DNA from: Ignavibacteria bacterium
Lineage (GTDB): Bacteria; Bacteroidota; Ignavibacteria; Kapaibacteriales; Kapaibacteriaceae
Assembly (NCBI GenBank): GCA_015709655.1
Contig: CP054181.1
Span: forward strand, 1,172,207-1,236,206
Reading direction: 5' to 3'
DNA: 64,000 nucleotides
This document shows positions 37,666 through 48,522 of this stretch, one piece after another; within the stretch, counting starts at the first letter, position 1, and each line of letters begins with the position of its first letter. The position numbers and the translations under genes are program-made. The notes under the pieces were generated by a model that was not told the origin of the DNA, made no database searches, and saw only the letters and a program-made list of their open reading frames with translations.

Positions 37666-38535
37666 TTAAGATTTCTTTACGCCATCGGCTGACCAAAGCA
37701 GCTTTTCTCTGAGCAGATCAAAATAGGTGTTATCGGGCTGCTTAACAAGCTTCAGCAAATGGTTACTCCGACGTATGGTTAACGAGTTCTTCTGTTTCAT
37801 AACTCCCACAACACGACCGTCAGCTACGATTCGTGCGTCTGAACCGCTTTCGGGCAACTCAAAGCGGATTTGTGAGGTGTCACTAACAATAAGCGGACGC
37901 ACCGTAAGCGTGTGCGGCGAGATTGCAGTCAAACAAAAAACATTTGCACTTGGAGCAATAATCGGACCGCCCGCAGCAAGCGAATAGGCTGTTGAACCTG
38001 TTGGGGTTGACACTAACACTCCATCGCTTCGAAAATCAGCTACAAGGTGGTCGTTAACGAAGGTACGGATGGTAAGAATCTTGGCACCTGCCGAGCGTTC
38101 GACAACAATTTCGTTTAATGCGCAAGCCGTCTGGTCTTCCCACTCTGTTTCGATTGTTGTCCGGTCAACAATTCTGTAATCACCCTTCAGCAATTCCATA
38201 ATACCGTCATCAAGCTTGGCTACAGGATATTCGGCAAGAAAACCAAGCTTGCCCACGTTAACGCCCATTATTGGGACGTCAGTCCCAATAAGCACATGCG
38301 CAGCAGCCAGCAGCGTGCCATCACCACCAAAGGTGATAACAATATCCGCAAACTTGCCCAGTTCGGCTATGGAACAAATCGAAACTTTTGATAATAAATC
38401 CGGAGGAGCAGCTGCCGATAGTTGTTCTTCCAGGTAAACCCCAGCCCCTTCCTCAACCAGACGCTGAGCGGCATGGAATGCCCAGGTATGTGCATTGGGC
38501 CGGTCCGGAAACGCAAACAAGGCAAACGTGAGCAT
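37666..38535 (-). CDS. nadK: NAD(+) kinase
   Basis: GGDGT motif (ITFGGDGTLLAAAH), NE/D motif and a C-terminal beta-sandwich. 289 aa. Confidence 0.85.
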   Translation of the reverse strand: MLTFALFAFPDRPNAHTWAFHAAQRLVEEGAGVYLEEQLSAAAPPDLLSKVSICSIAELGKFADIVITFGGDGTLLAAAHVLIGTDVPIMGVNVGKLGFLAEYPVAKLDDGIMELLKGDYRIVDRTTIETEWEDQTACALNEIVVERSAGAKILTIRTFVNDHLVADFRSDGVLVSTPTGSTAYSLAAGGPIIAPSANVFCLTAISPHTLTVRPLIVSDTSQIRFELPESGSDARIVADGRVVGVMKQKNSLTIRRSNHLLKLVKQPDNTYFDLLREKLLWSADGVKKS

Positions 38536-38810
38536 TAGGTAAGTTCTCCGCTATTGGCAACCGACGGACGCTGGCTTTCTTCAACAAAGTTTAGCCTGAG
38601 CGTACTTAATGTTTGCTCCAGAAAGCGCCTTTCGTCATCAGTGAGATTATTGGCGGTTTTTTCATCCAGCACTTCCAATATGTTGATGATGTACCGGGCA
38701 TGATCAAGATTCTTTGTTATCTGGTTTGTACCAGGATTCAGCATTTTACCCAATGCTACCATCCCCTCCAGCTGGAACATTTGAATGAGCGTTAAAAAGG
38801 TGGGCGTCAT
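38535..38810 (-). CDS. small conserved hypothetical protein (DUF1844-like)
   Basis: 91 aa, helical, translationally coupled to nadK (stop/start overlap). Confidence 0.4.
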   Translation of the reverse strand: MTPTFLTLIQMFQLEGMVALGKMLNPGTNQITKNLDHARYIINILEVLDEKTANNLTDDERRFLEQTLSTLRLNFVEESQRPSVANSGELT

Positions 38811-38875
38811 AATTACCTCAGAATCTATTACTCAATTGGTTTAGTAGTGAAATGGTTTTACCATCTGTGAAATTT

Positions 38876-39835
38876 TCAAACAAGCAGTGAGGCCAGATCC
38901 CGCAGATACGGAGGTACTGACTTCCGGTTGGCCCAGGTTTCCGGCAGTGGTATCTGGCTGACATTGTTATTCTGTTCGCCAATCATTACGTCGGAAATTC
39001 CTTCCAGCAATGCATCAACTGCAGCAGCGCCAAGGCGTGCAGCCAGCACGCGGTCACGCACAGAGGGCGAACCGCCCCGCTGCATGTGTCCAAGAATCGA
39101 AACTTTTCCCGACAAACCGTATCGCTCTTCAACCAGGCCGGCAAGTTTCAGGGCACCGCCCAGTTCATCGCCTTCTCCAACAATAACAATGGTGCGTTTT
39201 TCAATTCCCTGGGCAACAATTCTTTTGTAGAGCAGCTCTACATCGGTTAGTGTTTCAGGAACGGCGATAAACTCAGCTCCGCACGCTACTCCTACGTCCA
39301 TAGCAATAAAGCCTGCATGCCTGCCCATAACTTCAACGTAGAATATTCTGCCATGACTGTCGGCAGTGTCGCGGATCTTGTCAATTGCTTCTGCTGCGGT
39401 ATTGATAGCCGTATCGTATCCAATCGTGAAATCGGTGCCGAACAGGTCGTTATCAATCGTCCCTGGTGTACCAACGATTTGTACTCCAAATTCAGTTGCA
39501 AGCGCATGGGCACCATGGAACGTACCGTCACCTCCGCAGGCAATCACGGCTTCGATGCCATGTTTTTTTAGCATTCCGGCAGCTTTCTCACGTCCGTCCG
39601 GCTGCTTAAACTCCTCGCAACGGTTGGTTTTTAGGATCGTGCCACCGCGGTTGACGATATTGGCGGTATGCATCCTGTCCAGCAGGTCGAAATGTCCGGC
39701 AATCATTCCCGAATATCCGCCTGTGATTCCAATCAGCTCCAGGCCTCGTTTTTCGCTTACGCGCTGTACCGCGCGAATATGGGCATTCATTCCGGGTGCA
39801 TCACCGCCACTGGTAAACACAGCTATTCGTTTCAT
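38876..39835 (-). CDS. pfkA: ATP-dependent 6-phosphofructokinase
   Basis: MKRIAVFTSGGDAPGMNA, CGGDGT and MGR motifs. 319 aa. Confidence 0.9.
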   Translation of the reverse strand: MKRIAVFTSGGDAPGMNAHIRAVQRVSEKRGLELIGITGGYSGMIAGHFDLLDRMHTANIVNRGGTILKTNRCEEFKQPDGREKAAGMLKKHGIEAVIACGGDGTFHGAHALATEFGVQIVGTPGTIDNDLFGTDFTIGYDTAINTAAEAIDKIRDTADSHGRIFYVEVMGRHAGFIAMDVGVACGAEFIAVPETLTDVELLYKRIVAQGIEKRTIVIVGEGDELGGALKLAGLVEERYGLSGKVSILGHMQRGGSPSVRDRVLAARLGAAAVDALLEGISDVMIGEQNNNVSQIPLPETWANRKSVPPYLRDLASLLV

Positions 39836-39990
39836 AACGTGCGAATTTAGGGGGCTTTGGCATACCCAACATTACCAATTCGTAACATGACCGATTTTGC
39901 TTGGCATGGCCAATTCTTTCGGATAGTTTTGAATGCATCGGTAATCCATGTGATTTTGCCAATAAACCAGAGGAGTCCGAATTGTTTTTT

Positions 39991-41196
39991 GTGAAGCGTT
40001 TTTTTCTGAGCAGGGTATGGGTTATGCTTTTGCTATGCACAACAGGCGCAGATCTTCAGACGTTTTCACAGCCTGTTCCGAACACAACGGCAGAGCCTCG
40101 GGGGATCACCATTCAGAATGCCGATTCAACGGTAACCATGACGGTACGGTTCAGGATGCAGACCTGGTTACGGTATTCCAGCGAGAATCCCGGTTATGGC
40201 AATTCGCACCAAACCGGTAACTCCAGTGCCGATCTCACCATACGCAAATTGCGGCTGCGGTTCAACGGTACACTGTTTAATCCTTTGCTCTCCTACCTGC
40301 TTCAGATTGAACTTGCTCCGTCAGATGCGTCGGGTGTTTACAACTATCTGCGTGATGCCATGGTGTACTGGAAGTTTAACCCAACCTTGCAGGTTGGCGT
40401 GGGACGCACGAAGCTACCGGGCGAGCGACAATACCTGATTTCATCGGGCTCTCTTGAGATGGCCGACAGGTCTGCGGTACACCATTACCTGGGGCTTGGC
40501 CGTGAAACGGGACTTCACGCAACCTGGAATATTCTCACGGGTTCGCAGGGGCTAACTCTTCGGGCTGCAGCCACGACAGCCCTCCCGCCACAGGCAACAG
40601 CAGGCATACAGCGCCTGCCGGCAGTTACCGGACGTCTGGAATATCTTCCTCTGGGACGCTTTACGGGAAACGGCGATACATTCGAAGGAGATCTCCTCCG
40701 CGAACGCACTCCAAAGCTCTCGGTTGGCGCTGCAGCCCATGCCGTAGGCATCGAACAGCGGTTTACCGGATTGAATTCGGTCACGTACGTGCCTGAGTCC
40801 GATCGTGCATATTTTGCCGATGCAGTGTTTAAATACAGTGGCTTCGCACTCTATACCGAGTATGCCGTACGTAAGCAGCAGCATGCAATGTCGGAAAACG
40901 TATTGCTTGACGATCTGTCAACCGGCTATACTGTACAGGTTTCGTACACAACACCGTGGCACGGATTTGTTGCTGCTCGGTTTGCTACGGTAAACACTGA
41001 TGCTCAAAATGTGTTGGGTGAGACCCATAAAGCACTGCACATTGAAACTGCCGCAGCTACGGTAGGGTGCTACATAAACGGACATCGCATTAAAACCAGC
41101 CTGGAGGTTGGTTCGTACAAGGTGAATACTTTAGATATCAGCACGCAGAAGCCTTTTCCGTTGTATGTTTTATTAAACCTGGAAACCGGAATCTGA
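39991..41196 (+). CDS. phosphate-selective porin O/P-family outer-membrane protein (start uncertain)
   Basis: Beta-barrel-like sequence immediately upstream of, and abutting, pstS. GTG at 39991 is preceded by AGGAG and gives a signal peptide. The track ORF starts at 39901. Confidence 0.55.
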   Translation: MKRFFLSRVWVMLLLCTTGADLQTFSQPVPNTTAEPRGITIQNADSTVTMTVRFRMQTWLRYSSENPGYGNSHQTGNSSADLTIRKLRLRFNGTLFNPLLSYLLQIELAPSDASGVYNYLRDAMVYWKFNPTLQVGVGRTKLPGERQYLISSGSLEMADRSAVHHYLGLGRETGLHATWNILTGSQGLTLRAAATTALPPQATAGIQRLPAVTGRLEYLPLGRFTGNGDTFEGDLLRERTPKLSVGAAAHAVGIEQRFTGLNSVTYVPESDRAYFADAVFKYSGFALYTEYAVRKQQHAMSENVLLDDLSTGYTVQVSYTTPWHGFVAARFATVNTDAQNVLGETHKALHIETAAATVGCYINGHRIKTSLEVGSYKVNTLDISTQKPFPLYVLLNLETGI

Positions 41197-42029
41197 TGAT
41201 GCGCTTTGCTACCCACGCCATTGCCTCGGTCCTGCTGTTTATGGTGCTGTCCGGATCCGCTTCCAACCGTATCACCATTAAGGGGTCAGATACCATGGTG
41301 ATACTGGTGCAGCTATGGACGGAACGGTACCCTGGCCATAATCAGGTCGAATTTCAGATTACGGGAGGGGGCTCAGGCACAGGGTTTGCCGCACTAATCA
41401 ACAACTCAACCACCTTGTGTGCTTCGTCACGCCCGATTAAAAAATCAGAGGTGGCACAGTTGAAAGAAAACACAGGCTACCGCGGACTGGAAGTGAGGGT
41501 TGCACGCGATGGTCTCAGCATCTACATCCATAATTCAAATCCGGTGCGAAAACTCACTCTTGATCAGTTACGACTGATTTTTACGGGCAAAATCACAAAC
41601 TGGAAGGACGTTGGCGGTAACGATGCTAAAATCATCGTGTATTCAAGGGAGAATAACTCCGGCACCTATGAGTTTTTTAAAGAAAACGTACTTCAAAAAC
41701 AGGATTTTGCCGATGCCGTTCAACACATGCCCGGTACGGCAGCACTGATCAACGCTGTAGAAAAGGATAAAAACGCAATCGGCTACGGCGGTGCAGCCTA
41801 CACCAAGTCAGTACGTACCGTTGCCGTAGCACCATCGTCCGATCAGCCGTATGTTCTTCCCAACACGCAGACCATCAGCAACGGCAGCTACCCGATTTCC
41901 CGGTTTCTATACTTCTACATGAATCATAAACCAACCGGCATCGTAAAAAGCTTTATTGACTGGGTTTTGTCGGCTGAAGGACAGCGTGTAGTTACCGATG
42001 CCGGTTATTATACGGTGATGAAGCAATGA
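41196..42029 (+). CDS. pstS: phosphate ABC transporter substrate-binding protein PstS
   Basis: Signal peptide. ITIKGSDTM and GGGSGTG motifs of PstS-family PBPs. Confidence 0.85.
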   Translation: MMRFATHAIASVLLFMVLSGSASNRITIKGSDTMVILVQLWTERYPGHNQVEFQITGGGSGTGFAALINNSTTLCASSRPIKKSEVAQLKENTGYRGLEVRVARDGLSIYIHNSNPVRKLTLDQLRLIFTGKITNWKDVGGNDAKIIVYSRENNSGTYEFFKENVLQKQDFADAVQHMPGTAALINAVEKDKNAIGYGGAAYTKSVRTVAVAPSSDQPYVLPNTQTISNGSYPISRFLYFYMNHKPTGIVKSFIDWVLSAEGQRVVTDAGYYTVMKQ

Positions 42030-43180
42030 CAGTAAACCGGTTCACATCAAAATCGCCGAAACGCGCTGAACACATCATAGAATGGTGTATTCGCGGCATT
42101 GCGTCAGTATCTATTATGCTAATTTTTCTTATTTTTTTATTTGTTTTCCGTGAGGCACTCACCGTGTTCTCGTCGGCAGACTCCGCTCCGGCCCCGGCAC
42201 ATGCGGTCACGTCCGCCAATGGCCCTGCCCCGCCCCATCCTCCGCCTATGGAAGCGGCGCCCTCAGATGCAGTGTCTGCCAACAACGCTACCGGACATCT
42301 CTTTTACTCACCAAGGAATCCACTGTATCCGGATATTTACAATGCGGAAACCGGTGAGCTGCCGGCTGACATTGACGATGTAAACCCTGCGCCTGACCAA
42401 GCCCCTTCTCATCGGGAAACGTCCCTGGCAAACAACTTGGCAGGATCGGTATGGCAGCCTGTTGGCGAGCATCATCAGTTTGGCGTGATGCCACTGTTGG
42501 TTGGTACGGCAAAAACTACGCTGATTGCGATTTTATTTGGTGCACCTCTTGGTATTCTTGCTGCCATTTATACTGCGTTTTTTGCCGGGCGCAAAACACG
42601 TGAATTTATAAAACCAATTATTGAATTACTTGCCGGCTTCCCCTCGGTTGTTATTGGCTTTTTCTGTTTAACCACGCTTGCCAGTGTGCTGCAGACCATG
42701 TTCCATCTGGATTTCCGGCTGAACGCTCTGGTTGGTGGCATCGGATTGTCGCTGGCAGTACTTCCCATCGTGTATTCACTTTCCGAAGAAGCGCTTTCAG
42801 CTGTGCCCCGTACACTTCGTGAGGCCTCGCTCGCTCTTGGTTCTACCGAATGGCAAACTGCCTACCGGGTGATGCTGCCGGCAGCCGCTCCCGGGGTGAT
42901 TGCGGCAGTAATCCTGGGAATTGGACGCGCCTTTGGCGAAACCATGATTGCAATAATGGCAACCGGCAATGCACCACTGGGTGATTGGAACCCGTTCATG
43001 CCGGCGCGTACACTGGCAGCCACCATTGGATCTGAAATGGGTGAAGTAGTATGGGGCTCTGAACATTATGGCGTGCTGTTCCTGCTTGGAGCCTTCCTGC
43101 TGATAGTAAGCTTTGTGCTGAATTCGGTAACGGAGTATTACGTGAAGAAGAGACTCATTAAAAAATTTCAGGGACACTGA
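42026..43180 (+). CDS. pstC: phosphate ABC transporter permease PstC (with ~130-aa Pro/Ala-rich extracytoplasmic insertion after TM1)
   Basis: ABC permease EAA-like region and PstC-typical TMs (LIAILFGAPLGILAAIYTAFF...). The N-terminal third is low-complexity (APAPAHAVTSANGPAPPHPPPMEAAPS). Confidence 0.8.
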   Translation: MTVNRFTSKSPKRAEHIIEWCIRGIASVSIMLIFLIFLFVFREALTVFSSADSAPAPAHAVTSANGPAPPHPPPMEAAPSDAVSANNATGHLFYSPRNPLYPDIYNAETGELPADIDDVNPAPDQAPSHRETSLANNLAGSVWQPVGEHHQFGVMPLLVGTAKTTLIAILFGAPLGILAAIYTAFFAGRKTREFIKPIIELLAGFPSVVIGFFCLTTLASVLQTMFHLDFRLNALVGGIGLSLAVLPIVYSLSEEALSAVPRTLREASLALGSTEWQTAYRVMLPAAAPGVIAAVILGIGRAFGETMIAIMATGNAPLGDWNPFMPARTLAATIGSEMGEVVWGSEHYGVLFLLGAFLLIVSFVLNSVTEYYVKKRLIKKFQGH

Positions 43181-44094
43181 TGACTGGACGGTTTGCAACG
43201 CAGTTTCCGCTTTCAAAGCGTCTGCTCGGCGCATTTGCCTTAGGTATTGCACTTACGGCATGCGTAGCTGTTGTTGGAATTATCCTTGGGATGCTGGCTG
43301 ACTTTGCCGTGCACGGCGGTGCACATATTACCTGGGAATTTCTAACTGAATACCCCAGGAACAGCAACACCGAGGGCGGCATCTTTCCTGCACTTGCAGG
43401 GACTACCTTCCTGGTACTTCTGATGACGCTTATGGGGGTGCCGTTGGGTACAATCACAGCCGTGTATTTAACCGAATACGCCCGGCAGGGTTCTGCCTTG
43501 TCCAAGTTCATCCGTTTTGCGGTAAATACTCTTGCCGGCGTACCCTCGATTGTGTTTGCCCTTTTTGGTGTTGGCTTCTTTATTCAGTTTGTGGGCAAGG
43601 GATTGGACGCCGTAACCGGTGCGAGCATCTTTGCCGACGGATCGCTGCTGTGGTGTTCGGCAACACTGGCAATTCTTACTCTTCCCGTTGTAATTGTTTC
43701 GGTGGAAGAAGCCTTACGGTCAGTACCACGTGAGCTACGCGAAGCATCGCTGGCGCTTGGAGCAACCCGTTTGCAGACAATCATTAAAGTTGCTATACCC
43801 AATGCGTTATCGGGAATCCTCACCGGCAGTATCCTGGCCGTAGGCAGAGGTGCAGGCGAAGTTGCTGCTATCCTGTTCGTGGGTGTTACTTACAGTGCGG
43901 GATCGCTACCTGACGGGGTTACCGACAAGTTTATGCACCTTGGGTATCACCTGTACGTATTAGCAACACAGTCACCAGACGTAGAAGCTACACTACCCCT
44001 GCAATATGCAACAACCGTAGTACTGCTTGCCCTGACGTTTACATTAAACTTTGGCGCCATCTACCTACGGTCACGATTACGAAAAAACAGATAA
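43180..44094 (+). CDS. pstA: phosphate ABC transporter permease PstA
   Basis: 304 aa polytopic permease directly after pstC, with PstA-type conserved loop ([25 protein letters not shown]). Confidence 0.85.
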   Translation: MTGRFATQFPLSKRLLGAFALGIALTACVAVVGIILGMLADFAVHGGAHITWEFLTEYPRNSNTEGGIFPALAGTTFLVLLMTLMGVPLGTITAVYLTEYARQGSALSKFIRFAVNTLAGVPSIVFALFGVGFFIQFVGKGLDAVTGASIFADGSLLWCSATLAILTLPVVIVSVEEALRSVPRELREASLALGATRLQTIIKVAIPNALSGILTGSILAVGRGAGEVAAILFVGVTYSAGSLPDGVTDKFMHLGYHLYVLATQSPDVEATLPLQYATTVVLLALTFTLNFGAIYLRSRLRKNR

Positions 44095-44101
44095 CAGAAC
44101 T

Positions 44102-44869
44102 ATGGCTAAAGACCACCCCACCATCATTCAGGCAACAGATTTCTCGGTTTTTTACGGAGCTAAACAAGCTCTGTTCAGCATCTCGCTGGAAATACCTGAA
44201 CGGAAGGTTACGGCGTTTATCGGACCCTCGGGATGCGGCAAGAGTACCTTCTTACGCTCCATGAACCGTATGAACGACCTGATTGACGGAGTTCGTACCG
44301 AAGGCTCGATTACCATTGAAGGTGTAAACGTGTACGATAAGTCTGTGAATGTGGCAACACTACGCAGACGCGTGGGAATGGTCTTCCAAAAGTCGATTCC
44401 CTTCCCTAAATCCATTTACGAAAACATTACCTATGGCCTGTCACTCAACCACAAAAAGAAGAAATCAGAACTGGATCAGATTGTGGAGACCAGCCTGCAG
44501 CGTGCAGCACTCTGGAACGAAGTAAAGGACAGGCTCCACCACTCGGCTCTGGGCTTGTCAGGCGGTCAGCAGCAGCGTCTTTGCATTGCGCGTGCCATTG
44601 CAATCAATCCGGACATCCTGCTGATGGATGAGCCGTGTTCCGCTCTCGACCCCATTAGTACCGCCAAGGTAGAAGACCTGATCGAAGAACTTAAGGATAT
44701 GTACACCATTGTCCTTGTTACCCACAACATGCAGCAGGCCGGACGGGTAAGTGACTATACCGGCTTCTACCTGATGGGGAAATTAATTGAATTCAATAAA
44801 ACAAAAACCGTGTTCACCAGTCCAGCCCAGAAAGAAACCGAAGATTACATTACCGGCCGGTTCGGTTAA
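44102..44869 (+). CDS. pstB: phosphate ABC transporter ATP-binding protein PstB
   Basis: Walker [13 protein letters not shown] signature LSGGQQQR and Walker B ILLMDEP. The PstB-typical N-terminus starts at the internal Met MAKDH. Confidence 0.9.
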   Translation: MAKDHPTIIQATDFSVFYGAKQALFSISLEIPERKVTAFIGPSGCGKSTFLRSMNRMNDLIDGVRTEGSITIEGVNVYDKSVNVATLRRRVGMVFQKSIPFPKSIYENITYGLSLNHKKKKSELDQIVETSLQRAALWNEVKDRLHHSALGLSGGQQQRLCIARAIAINPDILLMDEPCSALDPISTAKVEDLIEELKDMYTIVLVTHNMQQAGRVSDYTGFYLMGKLIEFNKTKTVFTSPAQKETEDYITGRFG

Positions 44870-44913
44870 TAATCCCATCCGCATATTTCACAATTACACT
44901 TTCTTACCATACA

Positions 44914-45591
44914 ATGAACAGATCCTTCGAAGAAGACCTCGATAAACTCCGATCCCGTCTTATCCGGATGGGCTCACTGGTAGAAGAACAGGTTGAGTTC
45001 TCGTTCCGTGCTCTGAAGGAAGGCAACCTTGAGCTGGCACGCATCGTTACCGAACGTGACGAAAAAGTAAACAAGCTCGACCTGAAAATCGACAAGCAGT
45101 GCCAGCGGATTTTTGCTCTAAATCAACCCGTTGCCGTTGACCTACGGTTACTGCTTACCGCAATAAAAATTAATAACGAACTTGAACTCATCGGCGACAT
45201 TGCTACTGAAATCGCTCAGGCCGTTATCGACACCCCTGCGGTTACCGAACTGTCCCGCACCATTGATATTGAGCCCCTTACCAATGCTGTGTACACTATG
45301 GTTAAATCCAGCATGGATGCCTTTATCACAAACGATCCGGAGCTCGCGCTTCACATCCTGCCGTCCGACGATACTGTTGACGCACTATATCTGCAGAAGC
45401 GCGCAACGCTTATTGACATCATGACGTCTGACCAGGCCACAGTTGCAGCCGGGGCAGAATTGCTTTTATCACTGCAGGACATGGAACACATGGCTGATCA
45501 TGCATCCAACATCGCCGAAAACGTCATTTTCCTTGTTCGTGCCCAACTTGTCCGACATCAAAGTTTCGAGGGTGAGACAGGCACTGCATAG
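44914..45591 (+). CDS. phoU: phosphate signaling complex protein PhoU
   Basis: 225 aa with two PhoU repeats (E/D-x3-D-x3-D metal-binding helices), immediately downstream of pstB. Confidence 0.85.
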   Translation: MNRSFEEDLDKLRSRLIRMGSLVEEQVEFSFRALKEGNLELARIVTERDEKVNKLDLKIDKQCQRIFALNQPVAVDLRLLLTAIKINNELELIGDIATEIAQAVIDTPAVTELSRTIDIEPLTNAVYTMVKSSMDAFITNDPELALHILPSDDTVDALYLQKRATLIDIMTSDQATVAAGAELLLSLQDMEHMADHASNIAENVIFLVRAQLVRHQSFEGETGTA

Positions 45592-45606
45592 CCCCTTACC
45601 ATATCT

Positions 45607-46488
45607 TTGCAGGTGACGTCGACCTACGGAATATTGCTTGCCGGGGGCTCGGGTACCCGACTATACCCGCTTACAGCTTCCGTTTCCAAGCAGCTGTTGC
45701 CGGTTTACGATAAACCAATGGTGTACTATCCGCTATGCACCCTTCTGCAGGCGGGTATTGGCAATATTCTGCTTATCTCGTCACCCAATCATCTGGCAGC
45801 ATACCAGGACCTTCTGGGCGACGGTTCACGGCTGGGCATCAACATTCAGTACGCCCGTCAGCAAAGTCCGCGTGGCATTGCCGAAGCTCTTATCATCGCT
45901 CACAATACTGTTGGCAGTACAAATACCGTACTCATCCTTGGTGACAATATTTTTCACGGCGAAGGCTTGGCATTTCGTCACGCCGCTGAAAGCAATACCG
46001 GTGCCCGGATTTTTGCCTATCCCGTTCAAAACCCCCGGCGTTACGGTGTTGTAGAACTAAACCCTGACGGCAGCGTAGCCGGTATCGAAGAAAAACCGGA
46101 ACATCCGCGCAGCAACCTGGCAATTCCAGGTCTGTACATCTATAATTCCGATGCTGCACTGTACGCCAAAGAACTTCGGCCCAGTGGCCGTGGGGAACTT
46201 GAAATTACAGATGTTCACAATGTTTATCACCAAAACAACACACTGGTTGCCGCGCGCTTGGATAACGGTGTCACCTGGCTTGATGCCGGCACGCCAGAGT
46301 CTCTTATCGAAGCATCCGCATTTGTGCAAACGCTGGAGCGGCGTCAGGGTATTAAGATTGCATGCCCTGAAGTTATCGCTCTTCAAACCGGGTTAATCAC
46401 CGCTGCTGATTATGAGCAGACCGTTGCCTTAATGCCTCAGTCAGCCTACAAACAATACTGTATCACGCTACTATCAAATCAGAAATGA
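45607..46488 (+). CDS. rfbA: glucose-1-phosphate thymidylyltransferase
   Basis: GILLAGGSGTRLYPLT and KQLLPVYDKPMVYYPL motifs. 293 aa. Confidence 0.85.
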   Translation: MQVTSTYGILLAGGSGTRLYPLTASVSKQLLPVYDKPMVYYPLCTLLQAGIGNILLISSPNHLAAYQDLLGDGSRLGINIQYARQQSPRGIAEALIIAHNTVGSTNTVLILGDNIFHGEGLAFRHAAESNTGARIFAYPVQNPRRYGVVELNPDGSVAGIEEKPEHPRSNLAIPGLYIYNSDAALYAKELRPSGRGELEITDVHNVYHQNNTLVAARLDNGVTWLDAGTPESLIEASAFVQTLERRQGIKIACPEVIALQTGLITAADYEQTVALMPQSAYKQYCITLLSNQK

Positions 46489-47819
46489 GTACTCTTTCCC
46501 GAATTACATCACAAATCCAGTCGTCCTTTCAATCATTTTACCAACGTTCGTCAAGTGCCGGCATAGTAATCTTATCGTTTACCGTTATTGCACTTATCTG
46601 GACGAACACGGCTCTGCATTCATCATACGAAGCCTTCCTGCACCAGCCAATTAACCTGAAGCTGTTCTCGCTGCACCTTGAGTTTTCGCTGGAGCATTTT
46701 GTAAACGACGGCCTTATGGTGCTGTTCTTCCTTGTGGTGGGACTCGAGATAAAGCGTGAACTCCTAATCGGCGAGCTCTCGAGCGCCCGAAAAGCAGCTC
46801 TTCCCGCCATTGCAGCCGTTGCCGGGATGATTTTCCCTGGCTTGATTTTCATGCTCTTTAACCACGGCACTCCCGATGCAAGAGGGTGGGGTGTTCCGGT
46901 TGCTACCGACATTGCATTTGCGCTTGGGATTCTGGCACTCCTTGGGAAGCGTGTGCCCATTGGTCTTAAAGTGTTCCTTGCTGCACTTGCGATTATCGAT
47001 GACCTGTTTGCCGTACTCATTATTGCCATTTTTTATACCGGTGCATTAAACCTTACCGCACTAACTGCAGCCGCCGTAATTCTGGTTTTACTCTGGGGTT
47101 TAAACAAATCGGGCAGTAATAACCTTGGTCTGTACGGCATCCTTGGTGTTTGCCTGTGGATTGCCATCCTCTTTTCGGGAATTCATGCAACCATTGCAGG
47201 CGTCCTGCTGGCCTTAACCATACCGGCTACTGCACGTATTGATATACCTGCCTTTACAAAACGAGGGAAAATGCTGCTTCGTTCGATTGATGATAAAATC
47301 GAACAAAACGAAGACAAGGGAGAACAGCTTGACCACATAGCGTCGCTCAAGCAAATGTGTACCGACAGCAACAGCGTCCTCCACCGTCTGGAGCACGGCT
47401 TACAGCCATTCGTTACGTTCGGTATCATGCCTCTGTTTGCGCTGGTTAACGCTGGCGTCGTGTTTAATACTGCGGTGGTTGACAGTCTGTTGCACCCGGT
47501 AGGTCTCGGAATTATCCTCGGACTCTTTGTGGGCAAGCAGCTGGGCGTTTCTGTTGCCGTATGGTTGTCTGTACGTTTTAAAATTGCAGAACTTCCAAAC
47601 CTGGTCTCCATGAAACATATTTACGGTGTTTCGATTTTATGTGGCATTGGATTTACCATGGCTCTCTTTGTGGCACACCTTGCGTTCCCGGCAGGCGAGA
47701 GTTTAGATGTTGCCAAGCTAAGCGTAATGGCCGGCTCTACCGCATCTGCACTTGTTGGTTCATTTGTGCTGAGGTGGTTTTTGAAAACAGGTAACGGGAA
47801 AGGGGCTCAGACTGCATGA
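46485..47819 (+). CDS. nhaA: Na+/H+ antiporter NhaA
   Basis: NhaA signatures FFLVVGLEIKRE and ALAIIDDL. 444 aa, ~12 TM. Confidence 0.85.
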   Translation: MSTLSRITSQIQSSFQSFYQRSSSAGIVILSFTVIALIWTNTALHSSYEAFLHQPINLKLFSLHLEFSLEHFVNDGLMVLFFLVVGLEIKRELLIGELSSARKAALPAIAAVAGMIFPGLIFMLFNHGTPDARGWGVPVATDIAFALGILALLGKRVPIGLKVFLAALAIIDDLFAVLIIAIFYTGALNLTALTAAAVILVLLWGLNKSGSNNLGLYGILGVCLWIAILFSGIHATIAGVLLALTIPATARIDIPAFTKRGKMLLRSIDDKIEQNEDKGEQLDHIASLKQMCTDSNSVLHRLEHGLQPFVTFGIMPLFALVNAGVVFNTAVVDSLLHPVGLGIILGLFVGKQLGVSVAVWLSVRFKIAELPNLVSMKHIYGVSILCGIGFTMALFVAHLAFPAGESLDVAKLSVMAGSTASALVGSFVLRWFLKTGNGKGAQTA

Positions 47820-48115
47820 TATACGAAGTTACTGTTCGAGTTGAAAGCCACCGCAATGGTGACTGGGTGATGTGGATTCATCCGCATGTTTCACGGGTAC
47901 TTGCAACGGGATGTTTTCATAAAGCTACTGTTGAACAGGCGTTAACAAACGAGCCCGCAGACATCTACGAGTACGTGATTCGCTATTCGTTTTGTCACCT
48001 TAATGACTTCTACCGGTACGAGCGCGACCATGCAGCAGCAATGCGCCTTGAAGGAATACAGTTTTTTGGTAATGCCATTAGCGCCACCCGGCGGCTCCTG
48101 AAACAGATCTCGTAG
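47816..48115 (+). CDS. small conserved hypothetical protein (possibly DUF4286-like), translationally coupled to nhaA
   Basis: 99 aa. Its start overlaps the nhaA stop (ATGA). Confidence 0.4.
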   Translation: MIYEVTVRVESHRNGDWVMWIHPHVSRVLATGCFHKATVEQALTNEPADIYEYVIRYSFCHLNDFYRYERDHAAAMRLEGIQFFGNAISATRRLLKQIS

Positions 48116-48123
48116 ATTCTGGT

Positions 48124-48522
48124 TCAAACCTGACCGGCAAGTTCAGTTGGAATCCTGTATTCCTCAACCACCGTGCCGTTAATCAGATGGTCCTGTATAA
48201 TTCTTTCGAGCACGTCGGGAGTGCAGCTGTGATACCAAACTCCCTCGGGGTAAACAACAGCAATCGGACCATACATGCATACACGCAGGCAGTTCGCCTT
48301 AGTCCTGTTAATTCCTCCAGGCATTGTAAGGCCAAGATCAGCCAGACGGTTTTTTAAAAATTCCCATGACTCAAGACCCTGCTCTTTGGAGCAGCACTTG
48401 GGTTTAGTCTGGTCACAGCATAAAAAAATATGTCGCTTGAATGTTCCTAAACCTAACTCCTGTGATTTCCTGGCTAAGGCTGTTTGTTGCTGCGGTGTAA
48501 GAGAATCCATCGAATACTCCAT
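48124..48522 (-). CDS. thioredoxin-like [2Fe-2S] ferredoxin-family protein
   Basis: 132 aa. Cys pattern ([10 protein letters not shown] ... C ... C) within a thioredoxin-like fold, typical of the TRX-like ferredoxin / NuoE-like family. Confidence 0.5.
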   Translation of the reverse strand: MEYSMDSLTPQQQTALARKSQELGLGTFKRHIFLCCDQTKPKCCSKEQGLESWEFLKNRLADLGLTMPGGINRTKANCLRVCMYGPIAVVYPEGVWYHSCTPDVLERIIQDHLINGTVVEEYRIPTELAGQV

